Of a stretch of 64,000 bases of DNA, positions 39,744-52,062 are shown piece by piece; within the stretch, counting starts at the first letter, position 1, and each line of letters starts with the position of its first letter. Source of the DNA: Octopus sinensis (taxonomy: Eukaryota). Made by a program: the position numbers and the translations under genes. The DNA is taken from NCBI RefSeq assembly GCF_006345805.1, contig NC_043010.1:54188001-54252000 (forward strand). The letters are read 5' to 3'. Below the pieces are notes generated by a model. The model searched no databases, was not told the DNA's origin, and saw only the letters and a program-made list of their open reading frames with translations.

Positions 39744-40131
39744 CGCAGGAGTACCTGTGTGGTAAGTAGCTTGCTAACCAACCAAATGGTTCCGGGTTCA
39801 GTCCCACTGCGTGGCATCTTGGGCAAGTGTCTTCTGCTATAGCCCCGGGCCGACCAATGCCTTGTGAGTGGATTTGGTAGACGGAAACTGAAAGAAGCCT
39901 GTCGTATATATGTATATATATAAGTGTGTGTGTATATGTTTGTGTGTCTGTGTTTGTCCCCCTAGCATTGCTTGACAACCGATGCTGGTGTGTTTACGTC
40001 CCCTTCACTTAGTGGTTCGGCAAAAGAGACCGATAGAATAAGTACTGGGCTTACAAAGAATAAGTCTTGGGGTCGATTTGCTCGACTAAAGGCGGTGCTC
40101 CAGCATGGCCGCAGACAAATGACTGAAACAA
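39741..40131 (+). mobile_element. SINE family 1, full length
   Basis: Head, core and tail present; inserted at (TA)n. Confidence 0.95.
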
Positions 40132-40523
40132 CATATATATATATTTATATGTATGTATGGATGTATGTATACATATACTCATGCATACATATGGATGCCT
40201 TACAAATATTCATGCGCATATACAAGGGTGGCCAGAAGTGGCTAAACCTATATCTAATAATAACGACATGGGTAAAACGACTTATAGCCATCCCTGTATA
40301 TGAATATGCATAAATGCATATGAGTGTGTGTGTGAACCTATGTACACGTATGTATGGTGAGAATTTACAAAACAAAAGACAAAAGACAAAGTCGGGTGTG
40401 TAAACAACAAACAGGTGTATTAGTTCAACGCTGGGGAAGTGAGAAAGTCTTTTACACGCTTTGAATCTACCCTTCTTTTCGACAGAGTTAACAGAGTTCG
40501 TACCTATGTGTGTTCGTACCTAA

Positions 40524-40563
<40 letters not shown>

Positions 40564-40660
40564 CGGGAAGCTTTATGAAAATAAACAAAAGACGAAGGCA
40601 TGTGGAATACAAACAAACAATTGTATTAGTATGGCGCTTCAGGAATATAACTAAAACAAG

Positions 40661-40698
40661 TCTTCTACGTTTCGAGCCTACGCTCTTCAACAGAAAGA
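40661..40698 (-). ncRNA. Family A hammerhead motif, CUGUUGA core
   Basis: TCTTT-CTGTTGA-A-GAGC-GTAG-GCTC-GAA-ACGT-A-GAAGA; 5-bp stem I with one wobble. Confidence 0.65.
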
Positions 40699-40768
40699 TA
40701 CACAGAAAAGAAACCGGCGAGAAACAAGGAGAGAAAAAAAATGCGTGCAGAGGCTAGCGAATCACAAC

Positions 40769-40825
<57 letters not shown>

Positions 40826-40883
40826 ACAGAATCAATGTATCTTCGCAAATGATTGTTTTCGTGAATTCTTTGCACCGTATTAA

Positions 40884-41373
40884 AACTGGTATTTAATTTA
40901 TCGACCTTGAAATGATGGAAAGCGGAATTTGAACACAGAACGTAACGGCAGACGAAATACCTATTTCTTTACTACTCACAAGGGGCAAACACAGAGGAGA
41001 CAAACAAGGACAGACAGATGGATTAAGTCGATTATATCGACGCCATTGCGTAACTGGTACTTAATTCATCGACCCCGAAAGGTTGAAAGGCAAAGTCGAC
41101 CTCGGCGGAATTTGAACACAGAACTTAACAGCAGACGAAACACCTATTTCTTTACTACTAACAAGGGGCAAACACAGAGGAGACAAACAAGGACACACAG
41201 ACAGATTAAGTCGATTATATCGACGCCAGTGCGTAACTGGTACTTAATTCATCGACCCCGAAAGGATGAAAGGCAAAGTCGACCTTGGCGGAATTTGAAC
41301 TCTCAACGTAGCGGCAGACGAAATACCACTAAGCATTTCGCCCGATGTGCTAACGTTTCTGCCAGCTCGCCGC
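40884..41373 (-). mobile_element. Head-to-tail array of SINE family 2 (one full copy, one headless unit of about 185 bp, one partial)
   Basis: Junctions at about 40955-40960 and 41138-41143 join the 3' end aaataggtattt to internal gtatttcgtctgc. Confidence 0.9.
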
Positions 41374-41542
41374 TGTTTCAATTTCTTGCCAAGAGCCCTC
41401 TCGGACTCTCGGACGCAGAAACTAATTAATAGGAAATTAAAATAAACACACCAAGTTGTTCAATTACAGAGACAAGTTATCTAACAGGAAAAGAAAAAAA
41501 AGGAAAAAAAAAGAACGCAAAAATGAAAAAAGTGACGACAAT

Positions 41543-41941
41543 AGGCGCAGGATTGGCTGTGTGGTAAGTAGCTTGCTAACCAATCACATGGTTCGGGTTC
41601 AGTCCCACTGCGTGGCATCTTGGGCAAGTGTCTTCTGCTACAGCCCGGGCCGACCAATGCCTTGTGAGGGATTTGGTAGACGGAAACTGAAAGAAGCCTG
41701 TCGTATATATGTATATATATGTGTGTGTGTGTGTTTGTGTGTCTGTGTTTGTCCCCCTAGCATTACTTGACAACCGATGCTGGTGTGTTTACGTCCCCGT
41801 CAATTAGCGGATCGGCAAAAGAGACCGATAGAATAAGTACTGGGTTTACAAAGAATAAGTCCCGGGGTCGATTTGCTCGACTAAAGGCGGTGCTCCAGCA
41901 TGGCCGCAGTCAAATGACAGAAACAAGTAAAAGAGTAAAAG
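41543..41941 (+). mobile_element. SINE family 1, full length
   Basis: Head, core and tail present. Confidence 0.95.
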
Positions 41942-42034
41942 AAAGAATTAGAAATTCGAAAACAATTTCAATGAAAAATAAATAAATAAATAAATAAATA
42001 AGTAAATAAAAGAGGAAATAAAAGGAACGACAAT

Positions 42035-42500
42035 TCAGTACTCCAATGCCCGTCTCCATACGTGTGACGTATCAGTTAAGACAACTTTTGCACTTCTTGC
42101 AAGGACGGTAAGCCAAGGAACATTATCAAATATTTTTCAAATTCTTTTTCGATCATGTCAAGTGCTCCTACAAAGTACCACAGCTTCTCGATTTCAATCA
42201 GCTAATCTTTGTATTCTTTGAGCTTGTCAAATCCTGTTACCGAGATATTATGATCACAAGGAATATTTATGGCGATCAATAAACTGATTTTATTGTTTTT
42301 GTCTTTCACAACAAAGTCCGGTTTATTTGCTTTGATGCTTCTGTCTGTATGTATTGCAAAGTGCCAAAGAATCGTTACATTTTCTCCCTCAGTTACTGTC
42401 GCAGGGAAGAGTTTATTCAACTTGTCAACAGTTTTTCTTCTGTAGATGTGATATATTAACCAGTGTTCTGCCTTGATTTACACTCGGCTGGTCCTAAAAT
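42035..42500 (-). mobile_element. R4/Dong-type RLE-domain fragment
   Basis: VTILWHFAIHTDRSIKANKPDFVVKDK...IPCDHNIS..KLKEYKD, then LQEVQKVVLTDTSHVWRRAL; adjacent to an (ATT)n tract. Confidence 0.85.
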
Positions 42501-42544
42501 ATTATCACCAACACTGCCATGATAGCCATAAACACCATCATCAC

Positions 42545-42609
<65 letters not shown>

Positions 42610-42610
<1 letters not shown>

Positions 42611-42801
42611 AGGCAGTGTCCTGGCAGAATCGTTAGTACGCCGGGCGAAATGCTTTGTGGTATATCGTCCGTATTTCCTTTCTAAATTCAAATTCCCACC
42701 GCGTGGTATCTTGGGCAAGTGTCTTCTGCTATAGCCCCGGCCGACCACTGCCTTGTGAGTGGATTTGGTAGACGGAAACTGAAAGAAGCCTGTCGTATAT
42801 A

Positions 42802-42870
<69 letters not shown>

Positions 42871-43066
42871 TTGTCCCCCAACATCGCTTGTCAACCGATG
42901 CTGGTGTGTTTAAATCCCCTTCATTTAGCGGTTCGGCAAAAGAGACCGATAAAATAAGTACTAGGCTTACAAAGAATAAGTCCCGGGGTCGATTTGCTCG
43001 ACTAAAGGCGGTGCTCCCGAATGGGCGCAGTCAAATGACTGAAACAAGTAAAAGAGTAAAAGAGTA
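42610..43066 (+). mobile_element. Chimeric SINE: family 2 head joined to family 1 body and tail
   Basis: aaggcagtg.ctggcagaatcgttagtacgccgggcgaaatgc...ttcaaattcc switches to caccgcgtggtatcttgggcaagtg at about 42690-42700. Confidence 0.8.
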
Positions 43067-43358
43067 ATTATATTTGCTAGTATTTGTCTGTAGCCCTCGA
43101 TGCTTTGGAGATTTGTGGCCAATAGAAGTGATCATTTTCATTACATTTATTTTTAGCAGGAATAGCTATTGGAAGTAAATGTAACAGAGGTACTGACTGG
43201 ATTTTTTCAGATATGGCATTTCAATTATCAAGAATCCATCTACCGATTAACTCTGATGCGTTTCAGTACTGGTTTTTAATTCTTGAACTCTTTTAGATCT
43301 GCAGTGTCATTTCCCAAGCTGCGCCGCGTGCGCGAATAGCCTCAAGAACTTGATTAAA

Positions 43359-43755
43359 TTACTCTTTTACTCTTTTATTCTTTTACATGTTTCAGTCATT
43401 TGACTGCGGCCATGCTGGAGCACCGCCTTTAGTCGAGCAAATCGACCCCAGGACTTATTCTTTGTAAGCCCAGTCTCTTTTGCCGAACCGGTAAGTGACG
43501 GGAACGTAAACACACCAGCATCGGTTGTCAAGCAATGCTAGGGGGACAAACACAGACACACAAACACACACATATATACATATATACATATATACGACAG
43601 GCTTCTTTCAGTTTCCGTCTACCAAATCCACTCACAAGGCACTGGTCGGCCCGGGGCTATAGCATAAGACACTTGCCCAAGATGCCACGCAGTGGGACTG
43701 AACCCGGAACCATGTGGTTGGTTAGCAAGCTACTTACCACACAGCCACTCCTGCG
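43359..43755 (-). mobile_element. SINE family 1
   Basis: Reverse-complement match with a small internal deletion. Confidence 0.93.
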
Positions 43756-44429
43756 GCACTTATGTTATCTACCGTAAAATTGTTAAAATAATTTGAACGG
43801 ATAATATATATTGAGTTTGCACAATATATTAAATATTCTACTCCGGGAATTGCTGAACATGAATTTGTAATTTTAACAATATTACTACACGTAAAATGTA
43901 ATAGAAAATTAAAGATATAAGAAAGGAAATAAAATATTTCTGAACTTATTCTACAAACTTTCCTTTTATATTAGCACTCTGTTAATTGAAGCACCTAAAT
44001 TGACATATGAGTAATTAATTACGAATATATATATATTCGTAACTTAATTGCCTAAAGAGATGATCAAAGACAACTTTATTCAATTATTTACTTTTTGTTC
44101 ATTGATTATATACGCTTAAATACAAAACACACACTCACTCACACACATGTCCGTGTGTCTGTGTGTGTAAATACATATGTATGTATATATATATAGGTAT
44201 GTATACATATGTATGTATATATATATATATACATGTGTATGTATATATATATATATACACACATATATATATGTATATATACATGTATATATATAGATAT
44301 ATGTATATATATATGTATATATACATGTATATATATATACACATATATATATATGTATATATGTGTATGTATATATATACATATATATATACATATACAT
44401 ATATGTATATATGTATATATACATATATA

Positions 44430-44990
44430 TTGGGACATCCCATAAATAAGCACATTTTTCTATATTTCTCTTTTTTCCAAAATTAAGATAAACTAAGTAC
44501 TTTTAATCTAAAATGTACTCTCTTTAATTTTCTATCATGTCCTTCCCTCTATCTGATAGTCTTCCAAGACCTTTTTCTTAATTTCAGTTGTTACGATAAA
44601 TACTCTTCCAGTGCGATTCTGACCTGGTCTATAGAATTCATATTTTTCCTTTCAAATCATGTTGAAGACTGTAGAATAAATGATTATCATATGGGGCAAT
44701 TTCCGGCGAATATTATGGGTGGGGCATCGGTTCTCACTCAAACTGATCAAAGGTTTGGAATGTTATCCAAGCATTATACTGATAGAAGTACACCTTTCAT
44801 CTTGAAACCAAAAATGGTCGTTTTTCTTTTAGCGTGGCATCTTGGACGACTCGGAACCGTATGCTTAGGAAGTAATCTTCCAAGCACACACCCACTCCGG
44901 CGCCTAGTTCTTCATGTACTCTTCTTGGCAGTGTTGTTTGAGTTTTGCGGTATACATTCGATAGAAGATACGGCATGATTTTCAAAAGAG
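44430..44990 (-). mobile_element. Mariner 3' remnant with TIR
   Basis: ATLKEKRPFLVSR...PMPHP*YSPEIAPYDNHLFYSLQH (YSPDLAPSDxHLF-like); TIR TA-ttgggacatcccataaataag. Confidence 0.8.
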
Positions 44991-45053
44991 CCATGAACGT
45001 ATCAGAGTGAGTTTAGTGTACGTTCCATCCATCCCGTCACACTGAGTTCTGAG

Positions 45054-45093
<40 letters not shown>

Positions 45094-45192
45094 GTTGGAA
45101 TTTATAAAAAAAATAACAAAACGAAAGACAAAAAACATGTGTGTAAACAACAGACAGGTGTATTAGTTTAACGCTCGGGAAGGTGAGAAAGT

Positions 45193-45228
45193 CATTTAGC
45201 TTTCGAGCCTACGCTCTTCAACAGAAAG
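45193..45228 (-). ncRNA. Family A hammerhead motif with AGCU stem III
   Basis: CTTT-CTGTTGA-A-GAGC-GTAG-GCTC-GAA-AGCT-A-AATG; one stem I mismatch. Confidence 0.5.
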
Positions 45229-45464
45229 GAACACGAGAAAAAAAGTGAGAGAGAATAAAAAAGTTGAGAGGGGTAGGAGTTGATCATGGCGATGGCGGAC
45301 GGAGTGGTATATACTTACCACACACAACATATATATATATATATATATAAAGATAATATATATATATCTATATATAATATATATATACAGATAATATATA
45401 TATATGCGGTGGGTGCATATATATATATAATATATATATATACAGATATAAAAATATATATATA

Positions 45465-45502
<38 letters not shown>

Positions 45503-45508
<6 letters not shown>

Positions 45509-46244
45509 CATACATACGTAATATATATATATTTATATAAAGGGACACACACAATGTTGAAGTCACATGTATTAGTATATAGATATTTAACTATTTACAG
45601 AAAAGGTCCGTAAATATCTGTCACACAGATCTTCAGCCGAATATTTTTAGTGTTTGTTTCGCTCTTTATACATGCTTATATATAGTTACATATGTATAGA
45701 TATGTATGTATGTGTGTGTGTGTGTATGTAGGTAGGTAAGTTGATAAGTAGGTAGGTATATGAAGGCTTTCTCATGTAGCCACTCTTTACACCGCGGGAT
45801 TTGTCCTCGATAACAAATCCAGAATGCATGTCCTAATGATTTCAGCAAAATTATGTGTTTCCTATATGTTGCATCTCTAGATCTCGCCTGTTGAAAGATA
45901 ACTTATTATTAAGAACTACTTGAAGCCGAATATTGCTTCTCAGAGTTCAGAATTCATGAGGCAATAAGATGCGTAGAAGACTCTCTAAATACGCCAAATA
46001 TTTTTCGTGTTGTGCTACAAGTTAGGATTTCATTATATTGAGGAGACGCTCAAAAGGCCCTCGCCTTATGTAAAGAGAAATACAAGAGAATCTGTAAATT
46101 ATAATTTTATTCAACATATTGTTCCCTCAAATTCACATACTATTGCGTGGCACTTTGGGCAGGAGACTCGGGCCAATCAAAACCTGGTCAGTGGATTTAG
46201 TAGGCTGAACTGAAGAGGCCCGTCGTGGTGTTATATAAATAACT

Positions 46245-46315
<71 letters not shown>

Positions 46316-47040
46316 CATACATACGTAATATATATATATTTATATAAAGGGACACACACAATGTTGAAGTCACATGTATTAGTATATAGATATTTAACTA
46401 TTTACAGAAAAGGTCCGTAAATATCTGTCACACAGATCTTCAGCCGAATATTTTTAGTGTTTGTTTCGCTCTTTATACATGCTTATATATAGTTACATAT
46501 GTATAGAATGTATGTATGTGTGTGTGTATGTAGGTAGGTAAGTTGATAAGTAGGTAGGTATATGAAGGCTTTCTCATGTAGCCACTCTTTACACCGCGGG
46601 ATTTGTCCTCGATAACAAATCCAGAATGCATGTCCTAATGATTTCAGCAAAATTATGTGTTTCCTATATGTTGCATCTCTAGATCTCGCCTGTTGAAAGA
46701 TAACTTATTATTAAGAACTACTTGAAGCCGAATATTGCTTCTCAGAGTTCAGAAATTCATGAGGTCAAATAATGATGCAGTGAGAAGTCTACTCTAAATA
46801 CGCCAAATATTTTTCGTGTTGTGCTACAAGTTAGGATTTCATTATATATGAGGAGACGCTCAAAAGGCCCTCGCCTTATGTAAAAGAAAATACAAGAGAA
46901 TCTGTAAATTATAATTTTATTCAACATATTGTCCCCTCAAATTCACATACTTATTGCGTGGCACTTTGGGCAGGAGACTCGGGCCAATCAAAACCTTGTC
47001 AGTGGATTTAGTAGGCTGAAACTGAAAGAGGCCCGTCGTG
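45503..47040. repeat. Tandem duplication of about 800 bp (possible assembly artefact)
   Basis: 45503-46229 versus 46310-47040; first about 430 bp nearly identical, remainder differs mostly by 1-bp indels. Confidence 0.9.
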
Positions 47041-47091
47041 TATATATAAATAGATTTATATATAATATATATATATATAATATATATAATA

Positions 47092-47131
<40 letters not shown>

Positions 47132-47380
47132 TATTATGTATGTCTGTATGTATGTAGTATGTAGGTATGTATGTATGTAATGTATGTTTCTCCACACACC
47201 GTCCCTTGACAACGATATTGGTGTATTTACGTCCCCATAACTAAGCAGTTCAGCAAAAGCGATCGGTAGGATAAGTACTAGGCTTACAAAAAGTAAGTCC
47301 TAGGATCGATTCGTTCGACAAACAGCAGTGCTCCAGCATGGCTGCTGTCAAATGATTGAAACAAGAAAAATAATAAAAGT
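46945..47380 (+). mobile_element. SINE family 1, degraded and 5'-truncated
   Basis: gcgtggcactttgggcag core; gctccagcatggctgctgtcaaatgattgaaac tail. Confidence 0.8.
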
Positions 47381-47716
47381 ATATATAACTCTATACGCGT
47401 GTGTTTGAGATGGAAAGCGCGTATGTGTGTGTATGTGAGTAATTGAGATTGTGTGTTTGCCTATGTGCATGCGTTTGGGTTTAAGATTAAGTGCATCTGT
47501 ACTCAGCCCAGGTTCAGTTTTCAATATATTTAATTGCACGTAGCGGTTATATTAGTCTGATGTATCTTGAGCGTCGTACCGTGCAAGAAAATTGGAATAG
47601 CGTCAGAAAATTTCGCTAAAAATTATTAAACATTTCAATTAACTAATGACTGTGAATTAGTTGAGGCTTCCTTCGATGATAAACAATACATACTGAGCTA
47701 AATTATTATACGGATT

Positions 47717-47730
47717 GTTGCCATAGTAAC
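47717..47730 (+). promoter_or_regulatory. RFX X-box motif GTTGCCATAGTAAC
   Basis: Exact 14-bp match to the X-box consensus GTYNCC-AT-RGNAAC; function unknown. Confidence 0.5.
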
Positions 47731-48332
47731 GAAACTAAAGCACACAGAGTGAAGGAGCTTGGTACAAAGTCACCCTGAATTGAATTCTGCTATGTATGCA
47801 CCCTAAGTGTTAAATTCTAGCACATTCTCCGCTGTTTATAGCAGTGCTTGAAAGGAAGGTGTGTAGCGCCTGATCGTCGCATTGACCATGACTGCATTGA
47901 ACTGAACCTTAACTAATCTGCACATCCCTGTAATAACTCGCAGATGATTATTCGACGATTTCTCCTCACGGCTACATGCACATCTGTGATGTTTTCTTCA
48001 GTTCTAAAGGTTGCGGGTCTCCCATAACATACGTTGGACAATATCGACATCTTTTGGCCCCATTGGGAACGCCCGAACCACTCGTACAACTATGTGCGTC
48101 TCCTACACACCTCTCCATACACTTTCTGCAACTTTGCGTAGCCTTGGAGCAGGTGTCGCCATGAAAACTTTCTCTGTCATGCTCAATGCGACAATCTCAC
48201 GCTACACACCTTCCTACCAAGCACTGCTGTAAACAGCGGAAGTGAGCTGGGACGTTAAAACTAAATGCGCATGCAAAGCAGAATCCTAGGCCAATTTGCG
48301 CCATGTAGCTTCACTCTGCCTGCTTTAGCTTC

Positions 48333-48346
48333 GTTACTATGGCAAC
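48333..48346 (-). promoter_or_regulatory. RFX X-box motif GTTGCCATAGTAAC (other arm)
   Basis: Plus strand gttactatggcaac. Confidence 0.5.
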
Positions 48347-48786
48347 AGCCCGGATATTTATTGATCAGACCTCACAATTTGAATTTAGACATTATGCAAA
48401 TAATAAGAACACTATTTCGAAAAGGATATTTCTCACGGAACAAAAAATTTACGCATTTTAGTAATTTACTTAAGACCTTTGTATAGTACATTGCAGATTA
48501 TGCTGGACAGACAATTGTTATGATACCAAGGCGTCAAGCAACATGTAAATGTGACAGAGAATGATTTTGTCTTTTGACCTTAATGAAAATATTTGGTGAG
48601 AGACGTCTCCGATCAGCAATATGGTGCTGGCTTCTATTTATTTGTGTGGAGACCTCTGCAATCGATATCAAATATACACAACAGAAAGAACAAATTGAAA
48701 GTATAAACCATTGACTGTTTTATTTCTTCTAACTTCCGTTTATTTCACCTTAAAAAATTGATAGAAATAGAATAAAGGAATACATT

Positions 48787-49176
48787 GGCGCAGGAGTAAC
48801 TGAGTGGTAAGAAGCTTGCTTACCAACATCATGGTTCTGGGGTTAGGCCCACTGCGTGGCACCTTGGGAAAATATCTTCTACTATAGCCTCGGACCAACT
48901 AAACCCTTGAAGTTCATTTGATAGACGGAAACTGAAGGAAGCGCATCGTATATATATACATGTGTGTGTGTGTGTGTTTGCTTGCATGTGTTTGTACCAC
49001 CACCATTGATCGAAAACGATGTTGGTGTGTTTACGTCACCGTAACTTAGTGGTTCAGCAAAAAAGACCGACAGAGTAAGTACTAGGCTTACAAAGAATAA
49101 GTCCTGGGGTCGATCAGTTCGACTAAAGGCCGTGTTCCAGCATGGCTGCAGTCAAATGACGGAGACAAATAAAAGA
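48787..49176 (+). mobile_element. SINE family 1
   Basis: Head, core and tail present, diverged. Confidence 0.9.
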
Positions 49177-49184
49177 TTATATAT

Positions 49185-49216
<32 letters not shown>

Positions 49217-49362
49217 ATTCATAAATGAAGGCAAAGGAAAAAAATTCTAATGCCAACTATGCCGAAAAATTGGACATATTGTCCATTAACCATATAATTA
49301 TTTCACAATACGCACGCTACTCGAAAAAAGGTCAACAGAAATTTCTAAAAAAATTACATTAT

Positions 49363-49420
49363 TACCATATCGGACCGATTTCAGAGTTAGCTACTAAGAG
49401 CCCTCTCTTCGTCAGTGATA
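49363..49420 (-). ncRNA. Type I hammerhead ribozyme motif, CUGACGA core
   Basis: TATCA-CTGACGA-AGAG-loop-CTCT-GAA-ATCGG-T-CCGAT-A-TGGTA; all three stems pair; AUA site. Confidence 0.7.
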
Positions 49421-49660
49421 CATGTGGCAAAAGAAATAAATGAGATACTTACTCATACCCATGGAAGAAGCAAATACTAAGTCATGGGCACAACTAAGTA
49501 CCCCAAATACATCCAAAATAGAAATACTCCAGCCCATTCGAGGCACTTGTATGTTGCGGTGACTAAAACACACCGACAGCAGTTATCAGGCAGTGGTGGG
49601 GAAGTAACACACGCACACAATGACGCGCGTTCACATACAGAAAGACACGCAGAAATATTT

Positions 49661-50127
49661 ATACATGCATATATATATATAAAAAAGTAGATCTGTGAAG
49701 TATTATTACTGTTGCATACAGTAATACCTAAACAGGAATAAAATATTTAAAGAAAAGAAGGTTAAAAATAACGCTTGCTAAAAAAAATTAAAGCGAAGGC
49801 TTCAAAAGCCCACCAATCCTACGATGAATACACACACGAGCATTGTAATAAATATTTTTTAAAATAGGCCTGCCTTCAGGATGGAATTTGAATGTAGTCT
49901 AATGCAGACCCCAATATCAATTGATTTCATGCTGTGCATGTGAAAACATGCGTGCATTTATACTAGAATTGCTGGTTTTTTTAAGCTTTCGCTTTAAATT
50001 TTTTAGCAAGCAGTATCGTTACCGTTCTTTTCATACATACATACATACATACATACATACGTACATACATACATACATACATACATACACACACACACAT
50101 ATACATACATACATACATACATACATG

Positions 50128-50181
<54 letters not shown>

Positions 50182-50887
50182 ACATATATATATATATGCT
50201 TCTATGTATGATTGTAAGTGTATTTCTATGCCTGTATACATAAGTGTGTTTGTGGAGAGGAAAAGCAGGTAAGAATCAGTGTACATTTGGTTCACGTGAT
50301 CTTCTTGTATACCAAGTGATCATAAGTTAAGGTTGTCTGTGTATAATAAAGACGTGAAAAGATATGTTTAACTGATATTAATATTGCAGTTACTAGTCAC
50401 AAACATTATACATACATATATACATGCATATATATATATAAAAAGTAGATCTGTGAAGTATTATTACTGTTGCATACAGTAATACCTAAACAGGAATAAA
50501 ATATTTAAAGAAAAGAAGGTTAAAAATAACGCTTGCTAAAAAAAATTAAAGCGAAGGCTTCAAAAGCCCACCAATCCTACGATAAATACACACACGAGCA
50601 TTGTAATAAATATTTTTAAAAATAGGCCTGCCTTCAGGATGGAATTTGAATGTAGTCTAATGCAAACCCCAATATCAATTGATTTCATGCTGTGCATGTG
50701 AAAACATGCGTCCATTTATACTAGAATTGCTGGTTTTTTTAAGCTTTCGCTTTAAATTTTTTAGCAAGCAGTATCGTTACCGTTCTTTTCATACATACAT
50801 ACATACATACATACATACATACGTACATACATACATACATACATACATACATACACACACACATATACATACATACATACATACATG

Positions 50888-50932
<45 letters not shown>

Positions 50933-51170
50933 TTCTATGTATGATTGTAAGTGTATTTCTATGCCTGTATACATAAGTGTGTTTGTGGAGAGGAAAAGCA
51001 GGTAAGAATCAGTGTACATTTGGTTCACGTGATCTTGTATACCAAGTGATCATAAGTTAAGGTTGTCCGTGTATAATAAAGACGTGAAAAGATATGTTTA
51101 ACTGATATTAATATTGCAGTTACTAGTCACAAACATTATACATACATATATACATGCATATATATATATA
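49661..51170. repeat. Tandem duplication of about 755 bp, near identical
   Basis: 49661-50418 versus 50419-51170; a few substitutions and one 3-bp indel. Confidence 0.95.
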
Positions 51171-51531
51171 TAAAAGTAAATATGTGAAGTATTATTACTG
51201 CTAAAAACAGTATTTATATATATGTCTTGCCTTCGAAACACGCTATGTCTGCTAGCGACAGCTGATGAAGGGGATTTTTCCTTGTGCAGCATGTCCTGTA
51301 CTTCGTTTTTCTGCTATACATAATTGTTTTTCCTGTTTTCGTTTCGTCTTGTTGTACGTCTCTGTCCTTCTGTTGTAACAAAATGGCGTTTCCGTTTTCG
51401 TATCTTTTGATTTTTACGTCTTCTTGTGGTGTCCTGTACGTATATATATTTATATATGCATGTATATATACATGTAGATGTCGGTACGTACATATATGTT
51501 TGTATGTATGCATATATTTTATTTATTACAC

Positions 51532-51575
<44 letters not shown>

Positions 51576-51579
51576 TGTT

Positions 51580-51914
51580 AAGGCGCATGGCTCGGTGATT
51601 ACTGCATCGAGCTTACGATCGTGAGGTTGTGAGTTCGAATTCCAGACCGGGCTGCGTGTTGTTCTTATGCAAGACTTTTATTTCCCCGTTGCTCCAGTTC
51701 ACTCAGCTGTAGACATGAGTTGCGACGTCACAGGTGCCAAGCTGTATCAACCCCTTTTTCCTTTCCCTTGTATAACACTCGTGGCGTGGAGAGGGAAGCC
51801 CGGTATGTATGGGTGACTGCTGGTCTTCCATAAACAACTTTATCCGGACTTGTGCCTGGCAGGGTAACTTCCTAGGTTCAATCCCAAGATCAGTCACGAC
51901 CGAAAGGGGATCTC
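51580..51914 (+). mobile_element. SINE family 3, full length
   Basis: Matches 25842-26174. Confidence 0.9.
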
Positions 51915-52017
51915 AGCAGTCTCACACAATGGTGGCTTGGGCAAATACCTTCCTGTATTGTACCTGGTGCACCAAACCGGTCTAATGAATTTTTGAGAGG
52001 AAAACTGATAGAATCCC

Positions 52018-52062
<45 letters not shown>

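Larger units (their letters stand above)
47693..48374 (-). mobile_element. Mariner derivative with about 200-bp inverted arms and transposase N-terminal HTH fragment
   Basis: Minus strand YAKLQKVYGE..LYEWF..GRPATFRTEENITDVHVAVRRNRRIII; arms 47693-47891 / 48176-48374; TIR gaggtctgatcaataaatatccgg. Confidence 0.85.

Noticed and set aside
48237-48275. ETS (CGGAAGTG) and NRF1-like (TGCGCATGCA) motifs suggesting a host promoter
   Set aside because: They lie inside the mariner arm and are not preserved in the opposite arm
51225-51305. GAAAC...GTC...CTGATGAAGGGG as a permuted (type II) hammerhead
   Set aside because: Stem III fits but stem I does not pair in register and stem II needs two wobbles plus an extra base
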